A DNA stretch of 64,000 nucleotides from Candidatus Babeliales bacterium (GCA_016929235.1 JAFGJD010000005.1:27810-91809); one strand, 5' to 3'; numbered from the stretch's first letter, positions 16,925-27,153 are shown. Made by a program: numbers and translations. Notes: a model not told the origin generated them from the sequence alone.

Positions 16925-17845
16925 TCAATCTGAGGATCCCAGATAGCGCTCAACATCAAGGGCAGCGGCGCAGCCTGAACCAGCGGACGTGATTGCCTGC
17001 CGATAACGGGCATCAGCGACATCTCCTGCAGCAAAGACTCCCTGCCGAGAGGTTAGGGTATGCTTAGTGAGCTTGATGTGCCCGTACTCGGTTAGATCGA
17101 GCTGATCCTTGAATGCCTGTGTATTAGGGGCGTGTCCTATCGCGATAAAGACCCCATCAACTTGCAGATTATGGGAAGTGTTGGTTTTTTGGTTAGTGAT
17201 AGTTGCTCCAGTGACTCGTTGACCATTGCCGCTGATTTTGGTGACTGTGCTGTTATAGATAATGGTGATGTCCTGATGTTCCTTGACTCTGATTTGCATT
17301 GCATGGGATGCGGTCAACTTATCCTCAATTTGAACGATCGTGATTTTGTTGGTGAACTTAGTCATGAATAAGGCATCTTCCATAGCAGTATCACCACCGC
17401 CAACGATTACTACCGGTTGATTTTTATAGAATGCGCCATCACATACAGTACAAGTTGTGACACCTTTTCCCCAGTACTCATCTTCACCGAGACAGCCAAG
17501 CCGTTTTGGTGTTGCTCCACTGGCTATAATGAGTGCTTTTGTCGTGAGCTTTTTGTCTTTATCTGTCCACAGGGTGATTGGTTGTGTGGCAAGGTCAGCT
17601 CTCGTGATGGTTGCCTGAAGGAATTCACATCCAAGATGCTGAGCATGTTCACGTATATTTTTCATGAGTGTTGGTCCGAGAATTGATTGTTCGCCAGGCC
17701 AATTTTCAACTGCAGTTGTTCCCATGAGCTGACCACCAGGTGTTGAGCCGTCGATGATGAGGGGTTTGAGATTGGCTCGTGCGGCATAGATGCCTGCAGT
17801 AAGTCCAGCAGGCCCCGAGCCAATGATGATCAATTGATGAACCAT
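16925..17845 (-). CDS. trxB: thioredoxin-disulfide reductase
   Basis: FAD motif IIGSGPAGLTAG, redox-active CTVC, NADPH motif VGGGDTAMEDA, and GVFAAGDV. Confidence 0.92.
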   Translation of the reverse strand: MVHQLIIIGSGPAGLTAGIYAARANLKPLIIDGSTPGGQLMGTTAVENWPGEQSILGPTLMKNIREHAQHLGCEFLQATITRADLATQPITLWTDKDKKLTTKALIIASGATPKRLGCLGEDEYWGKGVTTCTVCDGAFYKNQPVVIVGGGDTAMEDALFMTKFTNKITIVQIEDKLTASHAMQIRVKEHQDITIIYNSTVTKISGNGQRVTGATITNQKTNTSHNLQVDGVFIAIGHAPNTQAFKDQLDLTEYGHIKLTKHTLTSRQGVFAAGDVADARYRQAITSAGSGCAAALDVERYLGSSD

Positions 17846-17852
17846 ATGCCCT

Positions 17853-19151
17853 CTATCTTCTTGTTAAATGAAAAATAACATGATTTACAGTTTTTTCTCG
17901 AAGGCAAAAATTACCTAATGCCGATTCTGAGAGGGGTGTTTGCATTCCATTGATGCGTGTCACGGGTACACCAAAGTGAAGAAACTCTCGTGTGCGAGCT
18001 CGCTTGAGAAGATTAAGATACTGCCGTACATCGTTACGATTAATGGTGATGCTTTCTTTTAGTGCAAGTTGATCAATCAAGATCATTTCTTTCATCTGTT
18101 TTTCTGACAACTTCTTGATAGTTTCTTCAAAGCCCTTTTGTGTTCTATAGACTTGGTAATCTGGAGTTCGGTGCATGATCTCTAGTAACTCCTGTTGCTG
18201 GCGCAAGAGGATATGTTGAGGTACTTCAAATTTATGATGTTTGAATAATACCTTGAATGCCTCCTCGGTCATCTCTCTTCGTTGTGAAACATCGTTACGG
18301 TACGAAAAAACTTCAATTAGTTTTTTATGAATCTCTTTATGGGTGCGTAACCGAAAATATGTTTTAAAATCATTCAGGGAAAATTTTATGTCATGGACTA
18401 CATCGAGAATGGTGATGCCAAATGTATAGTGTGTATCGAGTTGACTGCTAAAATATTCTTGGAAGCATTCTGCTGAGGTATAAAATGTGTCACCATTCTG
18501 TTTTCCACAGAATAATTTTTGAAACGGTTTATCTATTTCTTCATTACCGATTTTGAGCCACATTGTTTGGTGGTATGCGTCAAAGAGTGAACATTGTGTA
18601 TGATCGGTTACTGCGATATCAAAGCAGACCCAGTCGCGAATAGAAATTGGTTCATCATCACGTAATATGACGTCGTCTTCATTTTTAATAAACAGTTGTA
18701 CTTGACGATCGAGGTCACGATAATTTTTTCGTTTTGGAGCCTTAAAGGGATAAAACTTCCAGCCTTTGAGTGCCAGCTCTTCTGGAATGGTGCACTCAAA
18801 GGTAAATTGTGCATCCTTTCCCGGTTCTAGTTCAACATTGGTTAGTTTTGGGTCGCCTGTATAGATAATTTTTTCAGATCTCATTGCTTCGATAAGATGC
18901 GTGCGAACCATATAGTTGAGCATAAACTCTTGTACTTGGTGAGTAATCGGAGAGTGAAATGTTTTTGCGATATATGACGTAGGGGCCTTTCCGTGTGCAA
19001 AGCCATGTGCTTGCGTGTAGTGTTTTTGCGCTCGAGATGTTTCAGCATACAGTCGTTCTATGAACGGAGCTGGGACGGTAATGTTAACGGTACAGAATTT
19101 TGGATGAGATTTTTGAAAGGAAAAACGAAGCTGACAAGCTTCTGTGTTCAT
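17853..19151 (-). CDS. tig: trigger factor (divergent)
   Basis: 432 aa. The ribosome-binding signature GFRxGxxP appears as HGFAHGKAP. Length and helical C-terminus fit. Otherwise divergent. Confidence 0.6.
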   Translation of the reverse strand: MNTEACQLRFSFQKSHPKFCTVNITVPAPFIERLYAETSRAQKHYTQAHGFAHGKAPTSYIAKTFHSPITHQVQEFMLNYMVRTHLIEAMRSEKIIYTGDPKLTNVELEPGKDAQFTFECTIPEELALKGWKFYPFKAPKRKNYRDLDRQVQLFIKNEDDVILRDDEPISIRDWVCFDIAVTDHTQCSLFDAYHQTMWLKIGNEEIDKPFQKLFCGKQNGDTFYTSAECFQEYFSSQLDTHYTFGITILDVVHDIKFSLNDFKTYFRLRTHKEIHKKLIEVFSYRNDVSQRREMTEEAFKVLFKHHKFEVPQHILLRQQQELLEIMHRTPDYQVYRTQKGFEETIKKLSEKQMKEMILIDQLALKESITINRNDVRQYLNLLKRARTREFLHFGVPVTRINGMQTPLSESALGNFCLREKTVNHVIFHLTRR

Positions 19152-19170
19152 TGGCTCATACTCCTTTTTT

Positions 19171-19257
19171 TGGTGCAGGAGAAGGGACTTGAACCCCCAC
19201 TCTCTTTCGAGAACTGGAACCTAAATCCAGCGCGTCTGCCAATTTCGCCACTCCTGC
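19171..19257 (-). tRNA. tRNA-Leu (anticodon TAG), CCA encoded
   Basis: Hand-folded. Acceptor GCAGGAG/CTCCTGC, D-arm GCGAAATTGGCAGACGC, anticodon stem CTGGA/TCCAG with loop TTTAGGT, long variable arm, T-loop TTCAAGT. Confidence 0.85.
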
Positions 19258-19265
19258 ATTTTTTC

Positions 19266-19342
19266 TGGTGAGCCGCATTGGACTCGAACCAATAACCCAC
19301 AGATTAAGAGTCTGTTGCTCTACCAAATTGAGCTAGCGGCCC
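19266..19342 (-). tRNA. tRNA-Lys (anticodon CTT), CCA encoded
   Basis: Hand-folded. Acceptor GGGCCGC/GCGGCTC, D-arm GCTC-AATTGGTA-GAGC, anticodon stem ACAGA/TCTGT with loop CTCTTAA, T-arm ATTGG-TTCGAGT-CCAAT. Confidence 0.9.
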
Positions 19343-19404
19343 ATGTGTTCTGAAGATGTTTATACCAGAAGCTTTCACCAGTATCAATGATTCAGTTAGT
19401 GAAG

Positions 19405-19995
19405 TCAAACTGCTCGAATATCCTTCTCTTTTTTATCGCTTATGGTCTGGGCTTTGGCCATGTACTGATCAGTGATTTTTTGGAGGTTGTTCTGTAGGAC
19501 CTTAGAAAAGTCCTCAGATATTTCCCTGTCCTGCTCTGCCTTTTTGACAAGGGAGCGGAAATCGTTGCGTACAGTCCGAATTCTATTACGGCAATCTTCG
19601 AGTTTTTTGCCAAGAGCTTTTACAAGCTCCTCGCGTCGCTCGCCGCTGACTTCTGGAAGCTGGATGCGGATAATGTCACCATCATTAACAGGAGTGATGC
19701 CAAGGTGCGAGGCAAGAATCCCTTTCTCGATATCTGCGATGATGCTCTTGTCCCATGGCTGGACCATGAGTAACCGTGCATCAGGGACAGAGATGGCAGC
19801 GACTTCTTTGAGTTTCATTTGTGTGCCGCCGTATGCCGTAACCATAATCCCTTCGATCATGGACGGGTGTGCGCGGCCGGTTCTGATGGTCGTGAGCTCA
19901 TGCTCAAAATGAGCGATAGGCGCATCCATCTTTTCCTGTACCGCTTTGTCAAACTCATGAGAATAGGTGTTCTTGAGTGAAAGATTATTAAGCAT
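19405..19995 (-). CDS. frr: ribosome recycling factor
   Basis: 196 aa. IRTGRAHPSMIEGIMVTAYG and the overall RRF pattern. Confidence 0.92.
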   Translation of the reverse strand: MLNNLSLKNTYSHEFDKAVQEKMDAPIAHFEHELTTIRTGRAHPSMIEGIMVTAYGGTQMKLKEVAAISVPDARLLMVQPWDKSIIADIEKGILASHLGITPVNDGDIIRIQLPEVSGERREELVKALGKKLEDCRNRIRTVRNDFRSLVKKAEQDREISEDFSKVLQNNLQKITDQYMAKAQTISDKKEKDIRAV

Positions 19996-20015
19996 AGGAA
20001 GACTCCTGTGGCTTA

Positions 20016-20612
20016 TTACAAACTAATGTCAAATCGTGAGAACCGTCTTATTTTGATATTTTCACCCATTTTTGCAATCAGTTCCTTCAGATAGTCCTCA
20101 ACTGTAAGCTGGTCGTTCTTTACATATGATTGCTGCATAAGACAAACGTCTGAATACAGCTTGTTGAGTTTGCCTTCAACGATCTTATCAAGCATTTTTT
20201 CAGGCTTTCCGGATTCCTTGAGCTGTTCTTTCATGATGTCTTTTTCGTGTTCAAGGAATTTGGAATCAACACTTTCTGGATCAAGATAAAGGGGCTTCAT
20301 GGCTGCGATATGTAAGCAAATGTCGGCAGCAAACTGCTTGATCTCATCGGTACGAGCCACAAAGTCAGTTTCACAGTTTACCTCAAGGAGGACGCCAACC
20401 CGGCTTCCTGGGTGAATGTAGGCATGGACGAGTCCTTCTCCGGTAGCATTACCAGCACGTTTTGCTGCGACCGATGCTCCCTTTTTACGGAGTAATTCTG
20501 CGGCTTGTTCAAGGTCTCCACCAGCTTCGATGAGGGCTTTTTTGCAATCCATCATGCCAACGCCGGTACGGGCACGTAGTTGTTGGATGAGATCCATACT
20601 GATTTTAGTCAT
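20016..20612 (-). CDS. tsf: elongation factor Ts (short form)
   Basis: 198 aa. UBA-like N-terminus LRARTGVGMMDCKKALIEAGGDLEQAAELLRKKG. Confidence 0.9.
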   Translation of the reverse strand: MTKISMDLIQQLRARTGVGMMDCKKALIEAGGDLEQAAELLRKKGASVAAKRAGNATGEGLVHAYIHPGSRVGVLLEVNCETDFVARTDEIKQFAADICLHIAAMKPLYLDPESVDSKFLEHEKDIMKEQLKESGKPEKMLDKIVEGKLNKLYSDVCLMQQSYVKNDQLTVEDYLKELIAKMGENIKIRRFSRFDISL

Positions 20613-20740
20613 AGAGTCAGTTCCTTACATAGAGATAATCGTGAGGCGATCATTTCTTGTAAGTCTGCCAGATTACTGAATTTTGACAATGCTGCTCCTG
20701 GCTACCATATTGCGACAGGCTAACGTGTAGGTATTCGATT

Positions 20741-22933
20741 TTAGTTGTCGTTGCCTAGAACCGCTACAATGGCAGTTACAAATGATGCAACTGCTGCAAC
20801 TTTTAAGGCGGTTTGTAATGCGTCTAATATTCCTTGTGCCTTAAATATCCAGCGCCGTTCTCGTACAGTCCCCAAAATAATTGACTTCCATTTTGGTGAA
20901 AGATATTGCGAATTAGTTACAGCATTGATGAGGTTCTCGGTTGCTTCTTCTAATTTATCGCCAGCTTCTGCGGACTCTGCTCGTATATCTTCTACGCCAC
21001 GGGTGATATCGAGGCGTACTTGTTCAATCCACTCATTTTCAAATCGACCTCGTTCTTCCTCTGAGAATGGTGTGCTAGGATCCAAAACTTCTGCCTTACT
21101 TGCTAATTCACGTGCTTTTTGTCTGAGTTGATCAGGTGCTGTTGCTATATCTCCAATATCTGCTGCCAGATCATAGTAATAACTTGCTCGTTGAGAGAAA
21201 TACTGTGTTTCCCATTGCACTTGACGTGTATCTCGTGTACCTCGGCCGATAACGGCTTGATCAAGTTCTGTTTGTGTTCGTTGTGCACGCGCTTCATATC
21301 CTCGTGCCATCATAAGATAATCTTTAACTGCCGGAGCAGTAGTTGGCTTTCCAAATTGTCCATCAAGAATTGCTCGACCAGCTGGGGAGTCTGAAAGCGC
21401 ATTGAAGCGGAAGATTGCTTCTTCCATCTGACGAGCTTCTTCTGGTTTGTTAGCGTGTTCGAAAATAACCTGAGAGACTCGGAATGTTTTAACAAGGTTA
21501 TTCCTGAATCCCTCATACGTTCCATCCGCGCTCGTGACTTCGAGGAGAGAGTTCCATAAAAGACGATGAGTCATTTTTTGTAAAAGTTCCTGTTGTTCTG
21601 TCTCAATACTCTCTTTCCTCTCGGCGCTTGTTTCAGGCTTGCGCCACTCTTCAATGAGGGCTTGGTATCTTTCCACAAACTCCTGGTTTCTCAATTCAAT
21701 TTTTGCACGAGCACCTTCGCTGACAAAAAGAACACGGCTCCTGAATGCTGCTAGCTCTGTATAGATCTGCATAAGATTATCAGTGATGGTATCAACTTGA
21801 TCTGGGCGCAATTTTTGTTCATTGAGTTTGCGCAATTCTAGCTGTGCTCGGCCGGTTTTCCAGCGCAGTTGTTGCTGTCGTTGTTCACGGGTCATATTAC
21901 GTTCTGTACTTGGTCGGCGGGCCTCTAGGGCCTTTCTGAGTAGGATTGCCGTTTCAATTTGATCTAGTGGCACAGTACGGGGGTTTTCTGTTTGTCCTTT
22001 GAGTTTGTCAAAGAGCTTATTAGAGACATCTTCATCGGGATCCACTTCAACTGCAGTTTGTTCGCCGTCGACTTCTTTAAACAGCCAGAAGGAACTATTT
22101 GTGTTAGGATCGATTCTGCATGCAAAGATGTCTGGAAAACTTTCTTGAACGTCTTTTGGTAACTCTGCAAAACGAAACTCTGGAATGACATCAAAGCTTG
22201 TTACCTTGAGCTGGTTCAACAAGGGCGCATCACACAGAAGTTTGTATTGTGCGTATACAGAGCTATCAATACCTTCAACACCTTCTTCTACTCGGAAAAA
22301 TCTCACGCGATACTGCTCTCTAAGGGTTTCGTGCATATACCTGTCACTATCCCGTTGCGTGGCAAGTTCCCCGATGAATTTTTGAGTATATCCTGCAGAT
22401 TCTCCAACGAGTGTTACTTGGTCAAGCAAAAATGCTCGATCAAGTACGAGTCCCTGTTTGAAAATATCAGCTGCAAGATCAGTGACGTCTCGACATGCGT
22501 TGAAAACCGCTTCTCCTGAGGGATTTGACTCAGTGGAAAATGTTTTTAGTTGCTTGATTCTGTTATTGAAGACATCGAGGGCGTTAGTCTGTTGGATATC
22601 AGTTTGTAGCTGTGTGACTCTCGGGGTTTCTTGTTGTAACCGCGTAAGCTCGGCTTGTTTTGCAAAATAATCTTCTCTAAGAGCGGAATCTTGTTCCATT
22701 GCCCCTTCTCGCTCGAGTTGCTCTATTTCTTGTCTTAGAGATTGTTCTTGTTGTTGCCGTTCTTCACGGAATCTTTTGTATTCTTCTCTTCTGAAAAGGT
22801 CTCTTGCGTCTGTTCTTTCAAGCTGCTCACGGGGACGTTCAACGGGTTCAACCCTCATTTCAGCGGGTGCATTCAGAATTAATGGCATGCCACATGAAAG
22901 CATCGCAATCAGTAGGTGGATGGTGCGCTTCAT
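20741..22933 (-). CDS. large secreted coiled-coil protein with C-terminal TM anchor
   Basis: 730 aa. Signal MKRTIHLLIAMLSCGMPLILNAPA, E/R/Q-rich heptad-like sequence, C-terminal LKVAAVASFVTAIVAVLG. No family recognised. Confidence 0.6.
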   Translation of the reverse strand: MKRTIHLLIAMLSCGMPLILNAPAEMRVEPVERPREQLERTDARDLFRREEYKRFREERQQQEQSLRQEIEQLEREGAMEQDSALREDYFAKQAELTRLQQETPRVTQLQTDIQQTNALDVFNNRIKQLKTFSTESNPSGEAVFNACRDVTDLAADIFKQGLVLDRAFLLDQVTLVGESAGYTQKFIGELATQRDSDRYMHETLREQYRVRFFRVEEGVEGIDSSVYAQYKLLCDAPLLNQLKVTSFDVIPEFRFAELPKDVQESFPDIFACRIDPNTNSSFWLFKEVDGEQTAVEVDPDEDVSNKLFDKLKGQTENPRTVPLDQIETAILLRKALEARRPSTERNMTREQRQQQLRWKTGRAQLELRKLNEQKLRPDQVDTITDNLMQIYTELAAFRSRVLFVSEGARAKIELRNQEFVERYQALIEEWRKPETSAERKESIETEQQELLQKMTHRLLWNSLLEVTSADGTYEGFRNNLVKTFRVSQVIFEHANKPEEARQMEEAIFRFNALSDSPAGRAILDGQFGKPTTAPAVKDYLMMARGYEARAQRTQTELDQAVIGRGTRDTRQVQWETQYFSQRASYYYDLAADIGDIATAPDQLRQKARELASKAEVLDPSTPFSEEERGRFENEWIEQVRLDITRGVEDIRAESAEAGDKLEEATENLINAVTNSQYLSPKWKSIILGTVRERRWIFKAQGILDALQTALKVAAVASFVTAIVAVLGNDN

Positions 22934-23003
22934 AACGACTCCTTTTTACAACGCATAAGTTGTTAGAAGGCTAACATGGAGACTCGTGTGTAAACAAGAG
23001 TTG

Positions 23004-24653
23004 TTACATCGACGCAGGCTGTGAAATGCCTAGCAGGGATAGTACTTGATGAAATGTTTTGTTGAGGATGTGAATCGTTGCCAATCGGCCACGACTTTGT
23101 GTGATCTGATCTTCCTCAATAACGCGGTATTTTGCGTAGTAGCTATGGAAGGTTTGTGCAAGCTCGATTGTGTAGTATGACAATAGATGTATTTGGTAAC
23201 TTGCTCCAATGACGTTGAGAAGTTGCTTGAGAGATGCAATCTTTTTGAGGAGCATTGCTTCTGCACGGGTAACATGCTTACAGTCATCATGCGTAATATC
23301 AAGAAGCTCGGCATATTGTTGAGCTTTTTCTAAGATGCTGCGCGTACGTACGTATGCATATTGAATATAATATACGGGATTGTCATCGGTTTTTTTGAGT
23401 GCAAGTTCGAGATCGAAGTCAAGATGCGCTTCTGGCTTACGATTCAAATAAAAGAATCGTGCGACATCAGTTCCGACCGTATCAATGATGTCCTGGAGCG
23501 TAACCATGTGTCCTGCGCGTTTTGACATACGCAACTGTTGATCTCCTTCTCTGAGTGATACGAGCTGATACAAAATCACATCAAGACGATTCGGATCATA
23601 GTTCATAGCTTCCGCCATGCCTTTGAGTCGCGTGACATAACTATGATGATCTTGGCCAAGAATCATAATAAGGTGATCGAATCCGCGGTTAAACTTATCT
23701 TTCATGTACGCAAAGTCTGCAGCTGCATACGTAAGCTCTCCAGATGATTTTTTGAGGACACGATCCTTGTCGTCACCAAACTCCGTTGCCTTGAACCATA
23801 CCGCTCCATCTTTTTCATACGTGTGCTTATCATGAGCAAGTTGTTCTAGTTCCCGATCGATTGTGCCATTTTCATGGAGTGTTTTTTCTGAGAACCACAT
23901 ATCAAAAGTAATGCCGTATTTTTTGAGCGTTGCCTCAATACGTTTGAGTAGATGTGTGTGCGCGTACTCAATAAAGAATGCATCTGGTTGTGCAAGGAGA
24001 GATTTTCCATATTCTTTGACGCAGGTGCGCGCAAGTTCAACCAGGTACTCACCACGGTAACCGTCTTCAGGGAGGCTTACCAACTCACCTAGTTCTTGTT
24101 GGCAGCGGATCTTGAATGACGCACCTAGTTTATTCATCTGGGAACCAGCATCATTAATGTAATATTCTTTCGTAACCTTATGTCCGAGGAATCTTAGGAC
24201 ATTGCCCAGTACATCTCCAATGATGCCGCCGCGTCCGTGACCAAGATGTAATGGACCGGTAGGGTTGGCACTGACGAATTCAATCGAATACTTTTGTGGC
24301 GTGAGGCCTGATGGTTTAAAAAATGATGCTCCTGCTGCGTATAGATCTGAAGCGAGTTGAGTGAGCGCTTGGTCGGTAAGGGTGATGTTGAGAAAGCCAG
24401 GACCAGCTATATCTAGCTTTTTGATCAGGGCATGGTTCAATTTTGTTACTATCTCCTGCGCGATCTCACGCGGATTGCGCTTCAGTTCTTTTGCTACTAC
24501 GAGTGCCGCATTGGATGAAAGGTCTCCAAACGCTTGTTTGGATTCTTCGAGGTTGAGGGAGCAGGTGATTTGGGAGAGGGTTGTATCTGATGGTGAGTAC
24601 AGCTTTTTGACGACTGTGGTTAGAAGGTGCGCTATGGCTTCGATCGAATTCAT
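23004..24653 (-). CDS. argS: arginyl-tRNA synthetase
   Basis: 549 aa. Class I HIGH region SANPTGPLHLGHGRG. ArgRS-type N- and C-terminal domains. Confidence 0.92.
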   Translation of the reverse strand: MNSIEAIAHLLTTVVKKLYSPSDTTLSQITCSLNLEESKQAFGDLSSNAALVVAKELKRNPREIAQEIVTKLNHALIKKLDIAGPGFLNITLTDQALTQLASDLYAAGASFFKPSGLTPQKYSIEFVSANPTGPLHLGHGRGGIIGDVLGNVLRFLGHKVTKEYYINDAGSQMNKLGASFKIRCQQELGELVSLPEDGYRGEYLVELARTCVKEYGKSLLAQPDAFFIEYAHTHLLKRIEATLKKYGITFDMWFSEKTLHENGTIDRELEQLAHDKHTYEKDGAVWFKATEFGDDKDRVLKKSSGELTYAAADFAYMKDKFNRGFDHLIMILGQDHHSYVTRLKGMAEAMNYDPNRLDVILYQLVSLREGDQQLRMSKRAGHMVTLQDIIDTVGTDVARFFYLNRKPEAHLDFDLELALKKTDDNPVYYIQYAYVRTRSILEKAQQYAELLDITHDDCKHVTRAEAMLLKKIASLKQLLNVIGASYQIHLLSYYTIELAQTFHSYYAKYRVIEEDQITQSRGRLATIHILNKTFHQVLSLLGISQPASM

Positions 24654-24983
24654 AGAATATCCATTGCATGGTTAGGATGAGGAACGTTTGGATTGAGTCT
24701 AGGATAAACGGGATTATTTGGGAAGCAGAAACAGGAAAACCCAGGCAATTTACTCGGATCTGAAAAGGAGTATCTAAAAAGATTCGAGTACGGAAGGGAA
24801 TATCCTGCCTGGGTTTACGTCTTTATAACCTTCTTCCTGAGTATATCCAAACAGGAATCAGCTTGCAATATATCAAGATAGGTCAAATTATATATATGAC
24901 AAATTGTATGAAGATTGGTGCGTGACGAATGGGATCGGTATGCTATCCTGAAAAGGGGATGGGGTTTTATGTATGGAGTGACT

Positions 24984-26042
24984 ATGAAGAAGGTAGCGGT
25001 TTTAGTTTCGGGTGGTGTGGACAGCTCTGTGGCATTGCGTTTATTGCAAGACCAGGGCTACGATGTTACTGCCTTCTACCTCAAAATTTGGCTTGAAGAC
25101 GATCTGTCGTTTCTGGGAACCTGCCCTTGGGAAGATGACCTCAAGCAGGTGAATGAGGTCTGTGAACAGGCCAAGGTTCCACTCAAGATTGTGTCGCTTC
25201 AACGAGCGTATCTTGATCGTGTGGTTTCTTACACTGTAGATGAAGTGCGAGCAGGGCGTACGCCAAATCCAGACATAATGTGTAACCAAAGGATTAAGTT
25301 TGGCGCATTTTTTGATGTAATCGGTGGTGAATATGATCTTATTGCAACGGGTCACTACGCAAAGGTGGCTCGATTAAAAGATGATTGTGTGGAGCTTCAT
25401 TGTTCTCCAGATCCAGTTAAGGATCAAACCTATTTCTTATCGTATCTATCGCAAAATCAGCTCAAGAAATTGATCTTTCCGCTTGGCGATCTGACTAAGG
25501 AGCAGGTTCGTGAGCTGGCAAGACGTTATGACCTTCCAAATAAAGCTCGCAAGGACAGTCAAGGATTGTGCTTTCTAGGAAAGATTAAGTTTCGTGATTT
25601 TGTGAAGCATCATGTTGGGGTGCAACCTGGTGATATTATTGAGTATGAAACAGGAGTCAGACTTGGTTCACACGACGGATTTTACTTCTATACATTGGGA
25701 CAACGACAGGGTTTGGGATTGGCAGGAGGACCTTGGTATGTTGTTTCCAAAGATCAGGTTTCTAACCGGGTGTTTGTATCTAAAAATTATTTTAGCGATG
25801 ATAAAATTCGTAATGAACTTAAGATTGATAAAGTATCATGGTTCTCAGGTACACGGTCTGACCTCACAGAATTGAAGATCAAGCTTCGCCATGGCCCTCA
25901 GTATCATGATGGGCGATTGCGATATCATGCCGACGGTTCTATAACGATCACATTGGCCCAACGAGATCAAGGGATTGCGCCCGGACAGTTTGCGGCTCTT
26001 TATGATGGTCCTGTCTGTTTAGGCGCTGGGATTATTGTTTGA
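24984..26042 (+). CDS. mnmA: tRNA 2-thiouridine(34) synthase
   Basis: PP-loop VLVSGGVDSSV and conserved Cys contexts (CNQRIKF, GLCFLG). Start set at ATG 24984 (GGAGTG upstream). The ORF track starts at 24915. Confidence 0.9.
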   Translation: MKKVAVLVSGGVDSSVALRLLQDQGYDVTAFYLKIWLEDDLSFLGTCPWEDDLKQVNEVCEQAKVPLKIVSLQRAYLDRVVSYTVDEVRAGRTPNPDIMCNQRIKFGAFFDVIGGEYDLIATGHYAKVARLKDDCVELHCSPDPVKDQTYFLSYLSQNQLKKLIFPLGDLTKEQVRELARRYDLPNKARKDSQGLCFLGKIKFRDFVKHHVGVQPGDIIEYETGVRLGSHDGFYFYTLGQRQGLGLAGGPWYVVSKDQVSNRVFVSKNYFSDDKIRNELKIDKVSWFSGTRSDLTELKIKLRHGPQYHDGRLRYHADGSITITLAQRDQGIAPGQFAALYDGPVCLGAGIIV

Positions 26043-26113
26043 ATTAATAACTCACACGTGATATATCTTGTGCCTCGTAGTCTCTTCTCACGTTCTTACA
26101 TACTAGGCAGGGC

Positions 26114-26740
26114 ATGCGCACAATCAATCTGCGACGGTTTAAACTCTCTGTACTTACTCGTCTTCCTGTTCGCGAAACTAAGATTACGCTTCCAACGATG
26201 TTCACGTTGCTGCGTTTTGTCTTAACGCCATTTATTGTCGCATCCATGGTGTTGCAGCATTGGGGACTTGCCTTTTGGCTGTTTGTTATAGCGGCTGTAA
26301 GTGATGTACTTGATGGATTTCTTGCCCGTATCATGAACAAAAGAACCTTCTTAGGCGCAGCACTTGATCCGCTCGCTGATAAGTTTTTAATTGTCTCATG
26401 TTTTTTGACACTTACATTTGTACAGTCTCCCTTATTCGGTATTCCTGTTTGGTTCGTTATGTTCGTCTTGTGTAAAGAAGTACTGCATATTGCTGGCGCC
26501 ATTACTATCTATTTGGTTGTCGGTGAACTCGATATTAAGCCAACTAAGTTGGGCAAAGCTACAACATTGGTGCAAATCACGTTCATTTCATGGCTCTTTT
26601 TTTGTTACTTCTTCCATTGGCTACCGATTAAAACATATAACTTTATGCTTGGGTTGTTGTTGACTATGGTAGGTTCCGCATTTCTTGACTATACGCGCAC
26701 AGGTATACGTTTCTTGAAACAACACGTTGTGAGGAATTAG
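26114..26740 (+). CDS. CDP-alcohol phosphatidyltransferase (PgsA-like)
   Basis: Signature D-x2-DG-x2-AR-x8-G-x3-D-x3-D is present as DVLDGFLARIMNKRTFLGAALDPLADK. Multi-TM. Confidence 0.85.
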   Translation: MRTINLRRFKLSVLTRLPVRETKITLPTMFTLLRFVLTPFIVASMVLQHWGLAFWLFVIAAVSDVLDGFLARIMNKRTFLGAALDPLADKFLIVSCFLTLTFVQSPLFGIPVWFVMFVLCKEVLHIAGAITIYLVVGELDIKPTKLGKATTLVQITFISWLFFCYFFHWLPIKTYNFMLGLLLTMVGSAFLDYTRTGIRFLKQHVVRN

Positions 26741-26742
26741 AC

Positions 26743-27153
26743 ATGCGTAGCATTAGCATTATGATATGCCTTTGTTTGATCGCGTCAGCAGAAGCAGAGT
26801 CGTTTATTCTTAAAAAAGAATCCTCTGGCCAGCGTGCTGCAGTATTGCGTGATGAGATTGCTGAATCATATGGAGAAGTTGCAAAAACCTCGTCGCGATT
26901 AATTCAATCGTTAGGTGGTATTACTGAGGCGCTGATTGCGCGTACAATGGATCTAGTGAATGGTGCGGCATGCGCCGTGCACAATAGCAATGTTGGAACA
27001 CTTGAGCGCTATAAGCAAGCCTTGGATGAGTGCGAGCATGTTTTGAATGAGACTTTGATCTATGCTCAAAAGGTTGAAAAGTCACTCCGTTGTGATGCCA
27101 AGCTTATGGCAGATGATTCGAAGCGAAACATAGCGCGAAATTCTACTATCTAA
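26743..27153 (+). CDS. hypothetical secreted protein
   Basis: 136 aa. Signal MRSISIMICLCLIASAEA. Starts 2 nt after the pgsA-like stop. Confidence 0.55.
   Translation: MRSISIMICLCLIASAEAESFILKKESSGQRAAVLRDEIAESYGEVAKTSSRLIQSLGGITEALIARTMDLVNGAACAVHNSNVGTLERYKQALDECEHVLNETLIYAQKVEKSLRCDAKLMADDSKRNIARNSTI

Noticed and set aside
24700-24745. GGGAAGCAG resembling the conserved GGAAGCAG of SRP (4.5S) RNA domain IV
   Set aside because: The flanking sequence cannot form the GNRA-capped helix with the symmetric and asymmetric loops characteristic of SRP RNA. The similarity is limited to 8-9 nt.
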